The notes beneath the pieces are model-generated. The model was not told where the DNA came from. It saw only the letters and a list, made by a program, of their open reading frames with translations, and did no database searches. From an uncultured Candidatus Binatia bacterium (GTDB taxonomy: Bacteria > Desulfobacterota > Binatia > UBA9968 > JAJDTQ01): a DNA stretch of 64,000 nucleotides. The stretch spans positions 32,001-96,000 of the forward strand of contig OZ251459.1 in assembly GCA_965242525.1 (NCBI GenBank). Reading direction: 5' to 3'. The translations under genes were made by a program, and so were the position numbers. Position 1 is the stretch's first letter. Each line of letters opens with the position of its first letter. Below are positions 9,367 to 18,716 of the stretch, one piece after another.

Positions 9367-11085
9367 CTAGGTCCGGCGGCCGGCGCCGTGGGCCCGCAGC
9401 ATCTCGGCCGCGTGGCGTTCGGCCTGGGCGGTGATCTCGACCCCGCCCAACATACGCGCCAGTTCCCGCACCCGTTGGGCTTCGTCGAGCTTCCTGGCCG
9501 TGGTGAAGGTCCTGCCCCCGGCCACGCTCTTCTCCACCACGTAGTGGGAGTCCGCGAGGGCGGCGATGGGCGGCAGGTGGGTGACGCAGATGACCTGGTG
9601 GGACTCGGCCACCGCGGCGAGCTTCTTGCCCACCATCTCGGCCACGCTTCCGCCGATGCCGGCGTCCACCTCGTCGAACAGCAGCGTCGGGATCTCGCCC
9701 CGGGTCAACACCAGCGACTTGAGTGCGAGCATGAGGCGCGACAGTTCCCCCCCGGACGCGATCCGGGCCAGGGGTCTCACGGGCTCGCCGGGGTTCGGGG
9801 AGAAGCAGAACTCCGGGTCGTCGAACCCGTCGTCGCCGATCCTGGCCCCGCCCATGACGAACGGCGGGTCGTCCCGGGTCTCGTCCCGTTGGCGGAAACG
9901 CACCTCGAACGTGGTCCGGGCGAGCCCCATGCCTTCCGCCTCCTGCTCCATCTGCCTCTCCAGGCTCCCGGCGGCGCGCTTCCGCGCCCGGGACAGTTCC
10001 TCGGCCGTTGCCCATGCCGAGTCCCGCGCGGCCTCGAAACGCCGGGCCTGGGCAGCCGCCTCTTCCTCGCCGCTCCCGAGTGCGGCGAGCTCCCGTTCGG
10101 CGTGTGCGCCGAGGGCGGCGATCTCTTCCACCGAGGCCCTGTACTTGCGCTTCAGCCGGTTGATCTCGGCGAGGCGGTCCTCGGTGCGCTCCAACTCTCC
10201 GGGGTCGAAACGCAGCCGGTCGGAGTACCGACGGATCAGGGCCGCGGCCTCGTCCAGTTGCGCTGTCGATCCTTCCAGCAGCGCCAACGCCTCGCCCAGC
10301 GCGTGGTCGATCTCCGCCATGTCCCGCAGCCGCGGGAGGTACCGGCGCAGCTCGCCGACCACCGCGGCGTCGCCGTCGTAGAGGAGCAACTCCCCTTCCT
10401 TGCAGGTCTGGTAGAGCTTTTCGGAATGGGCGAAGAGCTGCCGTTTGCGCTGTAGCGCCTCCTCTTCGCCGGGTTCGAGCCGTGCGTCCCGTATCTCCTC
10501 CGACTGGGCCCGGAGAAGGGACTCTTCACGGGCCTTTTCCGCCAGCTTTTCCCTGAGGCCGCACAGCCGCTTCCACGCCGCGGCGAACTCGTCGAACCGC
10601 TCCTTCATGGCCGCGGTCCGGTCTTCGAGGCCGCCGTGGGCGTCCAGCAGTTCCAGGTGGGTCTCGGTGCGGAGCAGGGTCTGGTGCTCGTGCTGCCCGT
10701 AGATGTGGATGAGGCCGCCGCCCACCCGGGAGAGGAGGGAGAGGGGACCCAGGCTGCCGTTCAGGTAGGTCCGGCTTCGACCGCCCCGGCTCACCACCCG
10801 CTTCAGCACCAGCTCGTCATCTTCCTCGGCCTCGCAACCGGCCGACGCGAGAGCGTCGCGGGCCGCCGCGGGCAGGTCCGAGAACAGCGCCTCCACGGTG
10901 GCTTCGCCGGCGCCTTCGCGGACCAGGTCGGAGGAGCCCCGAGATCCCAGCAGCAGGCCCAGGGCGGCGAGCACGATGGTCTTCCCCGCGCCGGTCTCTC
11001 CCGTGATGACGTTCAGGCCGGGCCCCAACTCCAACTCGGCGTGGTCGATCACCGCCAAGCTGTCGATTCGCAGGTGTCGGAGCAT
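9367..11085 (-). CDS. recN: DNA repair protein RecN
   Basis: ITGETGAGKT Walker A, IYGQHEHQ, ASGGELSR, LFDEVDAGIGG, CVTHLP. Confidence 0.97.
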   Translation of the reverse strand: MLRHLRIDSLAVIDHAELELGPGLNVITGETGAGKTIVLAALGLLLGSRGSSDLVREGAGEATVEALFSDLPAAARDALASAGCEAEEDDELVLKRVVSRGGRSRTYLNGSLGPLSLLSRVGGGLIHIYGQHEHQTLLRTETHLELLDAHGGLEDRTAAMKERFDEFAAAWKRLCGLREKLAEKAREESLLRAQSEEIRDARLEPGEEEALQRKRQLFAHSEKLYQTCKEGELLLYDGDAAVVGELRRYLPRLRDMAEIDHALGEALALLEGSTAQLDEAAALIRRYSDRLRFDPGELERTEDRLAEINRLKRKYRASVEEIAALGAHAERELAALGSGEEEAAAQARRFEAARDSAWATAEELSRARKRAAGSLERQMEQEAEGMGLARTTFEVRFRQRDETRDDPPFVMGGARIGDDGFDDPEFCFSPNPGEPVRPLARIASGGELSRLMLALKSLVLTRGEIPTLLFDEVDAGIGGSVAEMVGKKLAAVAESHQVICVTHLPPIAALADSHYVVEKSVAGGRTFTTARKLDEAQRVRELARMLGGVEITAQAERHAAEMLRAHGAGRRT

Positions 11086-11158
11086 GGATGCGAACCGCCG
11101 TCCTGTCCGATGGACTCGCCCGGGGGCCGGCCGGGGGGTCGCCGGCCCGGACGGGCTC

Positions 11159-12010
11159 CTAGCGCTCCCCCCATTTGAGCTTGTTGCGAAGCACGTCGAA
11201 ATAGGACCGGGTGGGTATCCGCACCAGCGATACTGGCGACTGGTGGCGGCGCACCTCCACCCGGTCGCCGTTGTGCAACAGTATGCCTTCCTGGCCGTCC
11301 GGGATCAGGATCACCGTATCCCCGGCCGACGTCAGGGTCGAACGGATCCGGGCGTCGCTGGCGATAACGATGGGCCGGTTGGTGGTGAGGGTATGGGGGC
11401 AGATGGGGCAGAGGATGATGGCTCCCATGGCGGGATGCAGGATCGGGCCGCCCGCGGCCAGCGAATAGGCCGTCGATCCGGTGGGGGTGGAGATGATGAG
11501 GCCGTCCGCCCTGTAGGTGCACAGGTAGTCGCTGCCGACATACGTTTCCAGGTCGATGATCTTGGACCTGGCCCCCTTGGTGATCACCGCGTCGTTGAGG
11601 ATGCGCAGGTCCCGCACCTCGTGCTTGCCCGAGATCCGCACGTTCAGGGTCATGCGTTTTTCGATGGAGTAGTTCTCCGAAATCGTGCTGTGCAGCACCT
11701 CCTCGAGCTCGTCCACGGCGATTTCGGTGATGAAGCCGAGACCTCCGAGGTTCACCCCGACGATGGGCACTTCGGGCCGCTCCACGAGACGGGCGATGCT
11801 GAGCAGCGTGCCGTCTCCTCCCAGAACCACCACGAGGTCGGCCCGCGCCGCCATCTCCTCCTTGTCCGCCACCCGGCCCCCCGCGGCGCTGAACTCCGCC
11901 TCCACCAGCACCTCCATCCCCCGGCCCTCGATCCAGGGTATGGTCGCCCGCATGATCTCTTCGGCCTTTTCCTCCCCGTACTTCGCGACGATTCCGACGA
12001 TCCTGACCAT
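11159..12010 (-). CDS. nadK: NAD(+) kinase
   Basis: GGDGTLL, GVNLGGLGFI, LNDAVI, DGLIISTPTGSTAYSLAAGGP; typical position next to recN. Confidence 0.96.
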   Translation of the reverse strand: MVRIVGIVAKYGEEKAEEIMRATIPWIEGRGMEVLVEAEFSAAGGRVADKEEMAARADLVVVLGGDGTLLSIARLVERPEVPIVGVNLGGLGFITEIAVDELEEVLHSTISENYSIEKRMTLNVRISGKHEVRDLRILNDAVITKGARSKIIDLETYVGSDYLCTYRADGLIISTPTGSTAYSLAAGGPILHPAMGAIILCPICPHTLTTNRPIVIASDARIRSTLTSAGDTVILIPDGQEGILLHNGDRVEVRRHQSPVSLVRIPTRSYFDVLRNKLKWGER

Positions 12011-12079
12011 GCCGTTTCCGAGAAGTACCACAGGGCCGCAAGGGATGCCATCCGGCCATGCGCGGCGCGCGCTTGCGGC

Positions 12080-14299
12080 TCACGCCTCCTGCAAGGCGTG
12101 ATAGACCTTCTCCGCGGTAATGGGCAGATCGACGATGCGGACGCCCACGGCCGCCTCCACCGCGTTGGCGATGGCCGGGGCCGTGGGCACGATGCTGTTC
12201 TCCCCGATGGACTTGGCGGCGAACGGACCGGGTCCGGTCCTGTCCTCCACCAGCACGGTCTCCAGGCGCGGAAGGTCCTTGACGCACGGGACGCAGTAGT
12301 CGCCGAGGTTGAGGGTGGTGACCCGGGGCCCGTCCTTGACCATCTCCTCCATGACCGCGTAGCCCAGGCCTTGCACGAAGCCGCCGTCGATCTGCCCCTG
12401 GTGCGTCACCGGGTTGATGATGGCGCCCACGTCGTGGGCGGTGACCACCTTCTCGACGTTCACCACGCCGGTCTCCCGGTCCACCCGGACCTCCGCCACC
12501 TGGACGAAGAACCCCGGCACCGGAGAGCGCTGCGGTTGGTAGGACTTGCGCACCGACAGCGCCCCTTCCTCCTCCACGAGCTTCCGGGCCACCTCCGAGA
12601 AGGCCGTCTCCGCGCCGTTGGCGCTGAAGCGGCCGCGGGCCAGGGTCACCGCGGCGGCCGGGCAGCCGAGGGAGCGCGCCGCGGCCTCGGTCATCCTGCC
12701 GCGCAGCTCTTCCAGCGCCTCCATCAGGCCGCGCCCCACCATGGCGGTGATCTTGCTGCCGCCGGGCTCGGCGTCGGTGTCGAAGGTATCGGTGTCGCCG
12801 CGGGCGACCCGGATCCGGTCCGCGGGCAGGGTCAGCAGTTCCGCGGTGATCTGGCACAGCAGCGTGTGGGTGCCGGTGCCGATGTCCGGAACCGCGGTGA
12901 GCACCGTGACCTCGCCGTCGGCGTCGCACGAGACCTCCAGGTTCACGGTGCCGCTCCCCCCGGTGTGCCGGAAGGACAGGGCCATGCCCCGGCCGGTGTC
13001 GCCGCCACCGGCCTCCTTCCCGTCCCACCCCGCGGCCGCCAGCGCGGCTTCGATGGTCTCGCGGCACCGGACCTTCTCCATGGCCCGCTTGTTGGGCAGC
13101 ACGTCGCCGTCCTGCAGCAGGTTCCTGAGCCGCAGGGTCACCGGGTCCAGGTCGAGCTTGCGGGCCAGCACGTCCAGCAGCGACTCGATGGCGAAGACCG
13201 TCTGGGGCTGGCCCGGGGATTTCATGTAACCGCCGGGAACGCCATTGGTATAGACGTTGGAGGTCCGGACCACGTAGTTGGGGATGCGGTAGGCGTTGGT
13301 GATGAACGTGCCGTCGATCTCCGACGGCTTGAACCCGGAATAGGCGCCGGTGTCGAAATGGATGTCGCTTTCCAGTGCCACCAGCGCGCCGTCCCTTCGG
13401 GCGCCCAGCTTGAGCCGCATCACCGCGGGGTGCCGGGGGTCGCCGGCCATGAGTTCCTCGGTGTAGTTCATCACCATCTTGACGGGACGTCCGGCGGCCC
13501 GGGAGAGGAAATAGCAGACCGGCACGTCCATCTGTGACCCCTTGCCGCCGAAGTCTCCGCCCAGGGCCACGCTGTGGACGTGGATGCTTCCCTCGTCGAG
13601 TCCGAGTTGAGCGGCCAGCATCTTCTTGAGCCGGAACGGCGCCTTGCACGAAGCCCACACGTCGATGCGGCCCCCACGGTCCGCCGCCACCACCGCGGCG
13701 TGGGGCTCCAGGTAAACCTGGTGGACCTGCGGCGTGCGGAAGGTGTGCTCCACCACCACGTCCGCCTGGGCGAAGCCTTGGGCCGCGTCGCCGGCCGCGT
13801 GTTCCCTGAGCGACAGGACGTTGGGCCGGTTCTCCGGCCGCTCGGGCACGCCCGCATAGTCCGCGAGGCCTTCGTGGACCACCGGGGCGCCGTCCGCCAG
13901 GGCCGCTGGGATGTCGGCCACCGCGGGCAGCTCCTCGTACTCCACCTCGATCCGCGACAGGGCCTCGTCCGCGGCCTCCTGCGTCTCCGCGGCCACGGCC
14001 GCGATCTTGTCCCCGATGAACCGCACCTTGTCCCGGGCCAGCACGGGCAGGTCCCGGACGCTGACCCCCACCCGCACGTCCGGCACGTCCGCGCCCGTCA
14101 GCACCGCGTGGACGCCGGGGACCTGCCGCGCCCGGGAGGCGTCCACCCGCACCAGCCGGGCGTGGGCCAACGTGCTGCGCAGGCACTTGCCCCAGAGGGC
14201 GTCGGGCGCCCCCACGTCCGCGGTATAGACCATCTTGCCCGAGACCTTGTCCGGCCCCTCCACTCGCCCTACCGGATGCCCCACCACCCTGAGTTCCAT
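12080..14299 (-). CDS. Xanthine dehydrogenase/CoxL-family molybdopterin-binding large subunit
   Basis: RVEGPDKVSG, LGGDFGGK, VPDIGTGT, AHDVGAIINP..HQGQIDGGFVQGLG, GPFAAKSIGE; GGAGG RBS. Confidence 0.92.
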   Translation of the reverse strand: MELRVVGHPVGRVEGPDKVSGKMVYTADVGAPDALWGKCLRSTLAHARLVRVDASRARQVPGVHAVLTGADVPDVRVGVSVRDLPVLARDKVRFIGDKIAAVAAETQEAADEALSRIEVEYEELPAVADIPAALADGAPVVHEGLADYAGVPERPENRPNVLSLREHAAGDAAQGFAQADVVVEHTFRTPQVHQVYLEPHAAVVAADRGGRIDVWASCKAPFRLKKMLAAQLGLDEGSIHVHSVALGGDFGGKGSQMDVPVCYFLSRAAGRPVKMVMNYTEELMAGDPRHPAVMRLKLGARRDGALVALESDIHFDTGAYSGFKPSEIDGTFITNAYRIPNYVVRTSNVYTNGVPGGYMKSPGQPQTVFAIESLLDVLARKLDLDPVTLRLRNLLQDGDVLPNKRAMEKVRCRETIEAALAAAGWDGKEAGGGDTGRGMALSFRHTGGSGTVNLEVSCDADGEVTVLTAVPDIGTGTHTLLCQITAELLTLPADRIRVARGDTDTFDTDAEPGGSKITAMVGRGLMEALEELRGRMTEAAARSLGCPAAAVTLARGRFSANGAETAFSEVARKLVEEEGALSVRKSYQPQRSPVPGFFVQVAEVRVDRETGVVNVEKVVTAHDVGAIINPVTHQGQIDGGFVQGLGYAVMEEMVKDGPRVTTLNLGDYCVPCVKDLPRLETVLVEDRTGPGPFAAKSIGENSIVPTAPAIANAVEAAVGVRIVDLPITAEKVYHALQEA

Positions 14300-14549
14300 G
14301 GTTGCTCCTCCCTCCTGCCGTTGCTGCGCCGGAACTTGGTCCGGGGCCGCCGTCGCCGCCGGCCCTCGCTGCTGCCCCACCCGCATGGCGCCACACCCTT
14401 ATAGCACGGCGGCAGGCGCCGCTATAGCCGCCCGCGCACTCCGGGCATCGTCGGCCGGGAGCGGCCGAGCCGGCGCGTTGCAGCAAGAGACGGGGAAACC
14501 CTTTCCCGGGCCGGAGTTCCCGTTGACGTGCAGGCGCCGCCGCTCCCAA

Positions 14550-14684
14550 GGAACCTCTGGACAATCGAGGCAGGGGGGCATGAGCGCGTCCTTCGACTCC
14601 GCTTCGCTACGCTCAGGACGAACGGGGACAGGAGTGCCAGGGTGAGGGAATCCATCCCGGATGTCCCGATCGTCCAGAGGTTCC
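14550..14684 (+). mobile_element. 135-bp MITE-like element with 18-bp terminal inverted repeats
   Basis: GGAACCTCTGGACAATCG ... CGATCGTCCAGAGGTTCC enclosing the REP core and GGGTGAGGGAATCCATCC. Confidence 0.75.
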
Positions 14685-14774
14685 CCAGGTGTCGCGGGGG
14701 TGGTTGCTTGAACTTGGCGCAAAATTTGCTATCTCTCGACCTGAGAGGACCGCAGGACCACGGAGTGGAACGGC

Positions 14775-15728
14775 ATGGCGGATGTCAGGGCCATCAAGCG
14801 AGCGAGGACGCTGCACGACGTATCGATCCCGCATCCCTTCCCGTACCAGGGGAGCAAGCGGGGGATTGCCCGTTCCATTCTTTCCCATTTCCCGGACGAC
14901 GTCGAACGTCTGGTCGAACCCTTTTGCGGCTCCGGTGCGATTTCCGTTGCCGCTGCTGCGCATGGTCTTGCCAGACGGTTTTGGCTCAGCGATTCGAACG
15001 AGCCGTTGATGGCCCTGTGGAAAGAGATCCTGGAACGGCCGAACGAGCTGGTCAACCGCTATGAGCAGTTGTGGATCCAACAGCAACGGAACAGAAAGGA
15101 GTTCTTTCTCCGGATACGCGACGAATTCAACGCATCGCATCAACCCCATCTCTTTCTCTACTTGCTGGCGCGAATCGTGAAAGGCTCCATAAGGTACAGC
15201 TCCGAGGGCGTGTTCAACCAGAGTGCGGACAACCGGCGTTCGGGCATGCGTCCGGGAATCATGCGCCGCCAGATCCTGGGGGTCCACGTCCTCCTCTCCG
15301 GCAAAACCGCCCTTTCGACGGGAGATTTTCGGACAGTGGTCTCCGAAACCGGACGGGAAGATCTTGTTTACATGGATCCGCCCTACCAGGGCACCTCTTT
15401 TACGAGGGACCACAGATACTACAACGGGCTGCGTTACGCCGAGTTCGTGGAAGCCCTTCAGGCAATGAACGATGCAGGCCTTTCGTACATCGTGAGCTAC
15501 GACGGGAAAACCGGCGAAAAGAGGCACGGCAAGCCGCTTCCTTCCGACCTTTCCCTCCATCACCTGTACATCCGGGCCGGCCGGTCCAGCCAGGCGACCC
15601 TCCTGGGCAACAATCACCAGACCATCGAGTCCCTGTATCTTTCCCCTGCCTTGACGGAGCGCTTGAGCAACGGGGAACGCAGCCATCCAAAGGTCTCCCC
15701 GGTCCAACAGGAACTTGTTCTCGAATGA
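14775..15728 (+). CDS. DNA adenine methyltransferase (Dam/D12 class)
   Basis: PFPYQGSKR, EPFCGSGA (motif I), YMDPPY (motif IV), IVSYDG. Confidence 0.93.
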   Translation: MADVRAIKRARTLHDVSIPHPFPYQGSKRGIARSILSHFPDDVERLVEPFCGSGAISVAAAAHGLARRFWLSDSNEPLMALWKEILERPNELVNRYEQLWIQQQRNRKEFFLRIRDEFNASHQPHLFLYLLARIVKGSIRYSSEGVFNQSADNRRSGMRPGIMRRQILGVHVLLSGKTALSTGDFRTVVSETGREDLVYMDPPYQGTSFTRDHRYYNGLRYAEFVEALQAMNDAGLSYIVSYDGKTGEKRHGKPLPSDLSLHHLYIRAGRSSQATLLGNNHQTIESLYLSPALTERLSNGERSHPKVSPVQQELVLE

Positions 15729-16459
15729 GCGCGATAGCCTATCCTCCGACGTTCCTGGCGCTGCTGAAAAGCGTAAGAGCCAAGAGACCCCGGACTGTGA
15801 TCGAACACATTCTCGAGAACGGACAAATCACCACGGAGGAAATCAAGGACGTCTATGGCTACAACCATCCGCCGCGGGCCATCAGGGACGTTCGAGAGCA
15901 GGGCATTCCCATAGAGACCTTTCGCGTCACCGGCGCCGACGGCAGAAAGATCGCCGCGTACCGATTCGGTGATCCGTCAAGAGTCAGAGACGCACAACTA
16001 TCGGGCCGGACGGCGTTCACTTCCCGTTTGAAGGCTGCACTGGTGGATGAACACGGTGCTCGCTGCAATATCTATCTCGAACCGTTCCCTGAACGGGACC
16101 TGCAAATCGACCACAGGATACCGTTCGAGATCGCTGGAGACAGGGACGGCCTGTCGGAAGACGTGGATGAGTACATGCTTCTGTGCCCATCCACGAATCG
16201 CGCAAAGTCATGGAGTTGCGAGAATTGCGAGAACTGGAGCCGGAAAGAGGCCGCCACTTGCCGGACGTGCTACTGGGCGTTTCCGGAATCGTATCTCCAT
16301 GTCGCCATGCGGGAGATTCGCAGACTGGACGTCATGTGGGTTGCCGAGGAAGTAGGGGAGTACGACCGGCTGCGAGATGCGGTAAAGGGAACCGGAGAAG
16401 AAATCCCTGCTTACGTCAAGCGTGTCTTGAGAAATCGCCTCTCAGGCGGCGATGGCTGA
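15725..16459 (+). CDS. HNH restriction endonuclease, SphI-like
   Basis: GYNHPPRAIRD, LQIDHRIPFEIAGD, LCPSTNRAKSWSCENCENW, CRTCYWAFPE resemble R.SphI (from recall); ATGA overlap with the methylase stop. Confidence 0.8.
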   Translation: MSAIAYPPTFLALLKSVRAKRPRTVIEHILENGQITTEEIKDVYGYNHPPRAIRDVREQGIPIETFRVTGADGRKIAAYRFGDPSRVRDAQLSGRTAFTSRLKAALVDEHGARCNIYLEPFPERDLQIDHRIPFEIAGDRDGLSEDVDEYMLLCPSTNRAKSWSCENCENWSRKEAATCRTCYWAFPESYLHVAMREIRRLDVMWVAEEVGEYDRLRDAVKGTGEEIPAYVKRVLRNRLSGGDG

Positions 16460-16596
16460 AGGATATGAACGGCGGAGTGGCCCTTTCGAGGCTGTTCAGA
16501 CCCGAACCATGTAGCGAAGCCAGGCCATGACAGGTCACAATCTGCCAAGAGCGGCTGGAAGGGGATTGGGTGTACAGGGCACAGTCAAACTTGGAC

Positions 16597-16640
16597 TTGA
16601 CCCTTACGCCTTACCGTATTAGGGTGTTTAGTAAGGAGGA
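16597..16640 (+). promoter_or_regulatory. Putative sigma70 promoter/operator of the TA operon
   Basis: TTGACC-17bp-TAGGGT; CCTTAC twice (16602, 16609) and inverted GTAAGG (16631) next to the AGGAGG RBS. Confidence 0.5.
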
Positions 16641-16644
16641 TCGG

Positions 16645-16887
16645 ATGATCGTAAAAATTACGTCGAAGCGTCAGGTCACTTTCCCGGCGCGGGTGCTGGA
16701 CGCCTTGGGGGTGCGGCCCGGCGACCAGCTCGAACTGGAAGAAGGCCCCGACGGCTTCCTTCTGCGGCCCCGGCGGATAGATGTGTCTCTGCTCGGGGGG
16801 CTGCGCGACAAGATCCCGCCCGGCCACCCGCCGTTCGACATCCACAAGTTCCGTGAGGAGGGGTATGACCCGGCGCTACGGGATTGA
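16645..16887 (+). CDS. AbrB/MazE/SpoVT-family antitoxin
   Basis: MIVKITSKRQVTFPARVLDALGVRPGDQL; strong RBS. Confidence 0.9.
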   Translation: MIVKITSKRQVTFPARVLDALGVRPGDQLELEEGPDGFLLRPRRIDVSLLGGLRDKIPPGHPPFDIHKFREEGYDPALRD

Positions 16888-17461
16888 CACCTCGGTGCTC
16901 GTGCGGCTGATCACCGGCACGCCTCCCGACGCATATTCGCGCTGCGTGGAGCGGCTGCACGCGTTGGTCGTAAGCGGCGCGGAGGTATTCGCTTCGAACC
17001 AGGTCATCGGGGAAACCTTCGTCGCGATTCAGCACCACTACGGCGTCTCCGGGACCGATGCCCGCTCCGAGTTGTCGAAGGCGTTGCGCAGCGGTCTCGT
17101 GGCCCCCCTGAACGGGCGGGCCGTTTTCGCCGTCCTGGAGGCGTCCGGAGGCCCGGGTCTGTTCGACCGCTTGATTGCCGACGAGTACGCCCGCGCCGGT
17201 CTGGAAGTCCTCACGCTGGACCGCAAGATGGCGGCCCTGCCCGCGGCTCGGCGGCTATACACGGAAGACCGGCGTGTCCCTCATCCCGACCCGGCTCGAC
17301 ACGAGACACCGTCGGACGCCACTTGCGCCTTGGCGAGTGGTGAGCGTATTTTTCGACCGTACCATGAAAGGAAGACCATGAAACTCCATGTCGATAAAGA
17401 GGCCGATGCGCTCTATCTCCACCTCGACGAGTCCGCCATCGTCGCCTCCGACATCGAGTAA
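16865..17461 (+). CDS. vapC: VapC/PIN toxin with read-through C-terminal extension
   Basis: IDTSVLVR, QVIGET, FDRLIA, LTLDRK; the PIN domain ends near 17257 but the ORF continues to 17461. Confidence 0.8.
   Translation: MTRRYGIDTSVLVRLITGTPPDAYSRCVERLHALVVSGAEVFASNQVIGETFVAIQHHYGVSGTDARSELSKALRSGLVAPLNGRAVFAVLEASGGPGLFDRLIADEYARAGLEVLTLDRKMAALPAARRLYTEDRRVPHPDPARHETPSDATCALASGERIFRPYHERKTMKLHVDKEADALYLHLDESAIVASDIE
17290..17461 (+). pseudogene. Remnant of a DUF4258 toxin C-terminus and a truncated DUF2283 antitoxin
   Basis: ...PWRVVSVFFDRTMKGRP* overlaps (ATGA at 17378) MKLHVDKEADALYLHLDESAIVASDIE*. Confidence 0.65.
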
Positions 17462-17485
17462 GGGGTGGGAAAGAGGCGCAGGCCA

Positions 17486-18517
17486 ATGAACGAAACCGGG
17501 TCACCGCTTCCTGACGACTATCCCGGCTTTCTCGCGGAGGTGCGAGAACGCATCCGCTCCGCCCAATACGCCGCGCTCAGGACGGTCAACACGGAGTTGG
17601 TGGGACTGTATTGGGATATTGGACGGATGATCGTGCAGCGGCAGGCAAGCGAGGGCTGGGGAAAGGCGGTGGTGAGTCGGTTGGCCGACGATTTGCGGGC
17701 GGAGTTTCCCGGTATGGCTGGGCTTTCGGCCTCGAACCTATGGCGGATGAAGGCGTTTTTCGAAGCGTATCGAGATTCGGCAAAACTCGCACCATTGGTG
17801 CGAGAAATCGCGTGGAGTCACAACCTTGTCATCCTTGAGCGCTGCAAGGACGCGCTGGAGCGCGAGTTCTACATCCGCATGACGCGCAAGTTCGGCTGGA
17901 CCAGGAACGTCCTCATCCATCACATCGAGAACCGGAGCTACGAGAAGTCCCTGCTCGGCCAGACCAACTTCGACCGCGCCTTGACGCCGGAACTGCGCGA
18001 CCAGGCAAAGCTGGCTGTGCGCGACGAGTACACCTTCGACTTCCTCGAACTGGGCGAGGAGCACAGCGAGCGGGAGCTTGAGCGGGCGATCCTTGCCCGG
18101 GTCGAGGACTTCCTGCGCACCCTGGGCGGAAGGTTCGCTTTCGTCGGGAGTCAGTTCCGGCTCGAAGTGGACGGAGACGAGTATTTCATCGACCTGCTGC
18201 TGTTCCACCGACGCTTGCGGTGCCTGGTGGCCGTCGATCTGAAGATCGGAAAATTCCAGCCGGAGTTCGTGGGGAAGATGCAGTTTTACCTGGCGGCGCT
18301 GGACCGTCAAGTCCGCGAGGAGGACGAAAACCCTGCCATCGGGATCGTTCTCTGCAAGGAAAAGAACCGGACCGTCGTCGAATATGCCCTGCACGATGCC
18401 CGCAAGCCTGTTGGCGTGGCGACCTACCGTGTCATCAAGCGGTTGCCGAAGGAGCTCGAAGGGCAGTTGCCGTCCCCCCGGCAGATCGCCCGACTCCTGG
18501 AGGCGGTGGACGAGTGA
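17486..18517 (+). CDS. YhcG/DUF1016 PD-(D/E)XK nuclease
   Basis: LYWDIGRMI, WSHNL, EREFYI, YFIDLLLFHRRLRCLVAVDLKIG.FQPEFVGKMQFYL, IGIVLC. Confidence 0.93.
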   Translation: MNETGSPLPDDYPGFLAEVRERIRSAQYAALRTVNTELVGLYWDIGRMIVQRQASEGWGKAVVSRLADDLRAEFPGMAGLSASNLWRMKAFFEAYRDSAKLAPLVREIAWSHNLVILERCKDALEREFYIRMTRKFGWTRNVLIHHIENRSYEKSLLGQTNFDRALTPELRDQAKLAVRDEYTFDFLELGEEHSERELERAILARVEDFLRTLGGRFAFVGSQFRLEVDGDEYFIDLLLFHRRLRCLVAVDLKIGKFQPEFVGKMQFYLAALDRQVREEDENPAIGIVLCKEKNRTVVEYALHDARKPVGVATYRVIKRLPKELEGQLPSPRQIARLLEAVDE

Positions 18518-18616
18518 GGCTTCCCTCATCTCCTGGGGTTTGGCGCCGTACCGTTCCCGGCTCACCCTGGATAGAGTTGGATCGCGGCAAACCGGGAATT
18601 TGGCGAGGGGCGCGTG

Positions 18617-18645
18617 TTGCACAACCGCCTCCGATTCCCTATGCT
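18617..18645 (+). promoter_or_regulatory. Putative sigma70 promoter
   Basis: TTGCAC-17bp-TATGCT. Confidence 0.5.
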
Positions 18646-18716
18646 GCATCCCGCAAGCGCCGGAACGCGGGGCGCACGCCGCCCGGCCGCCTGCTTGCGT
18701 CGCCAACGAGGAGGAC

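Noticed and set aside
15071-15724. N-terminal 218 aa of ORF 15071-16459
   Set aside because: Overlaps the methylase in another frame; the real start is the ATG at 15725
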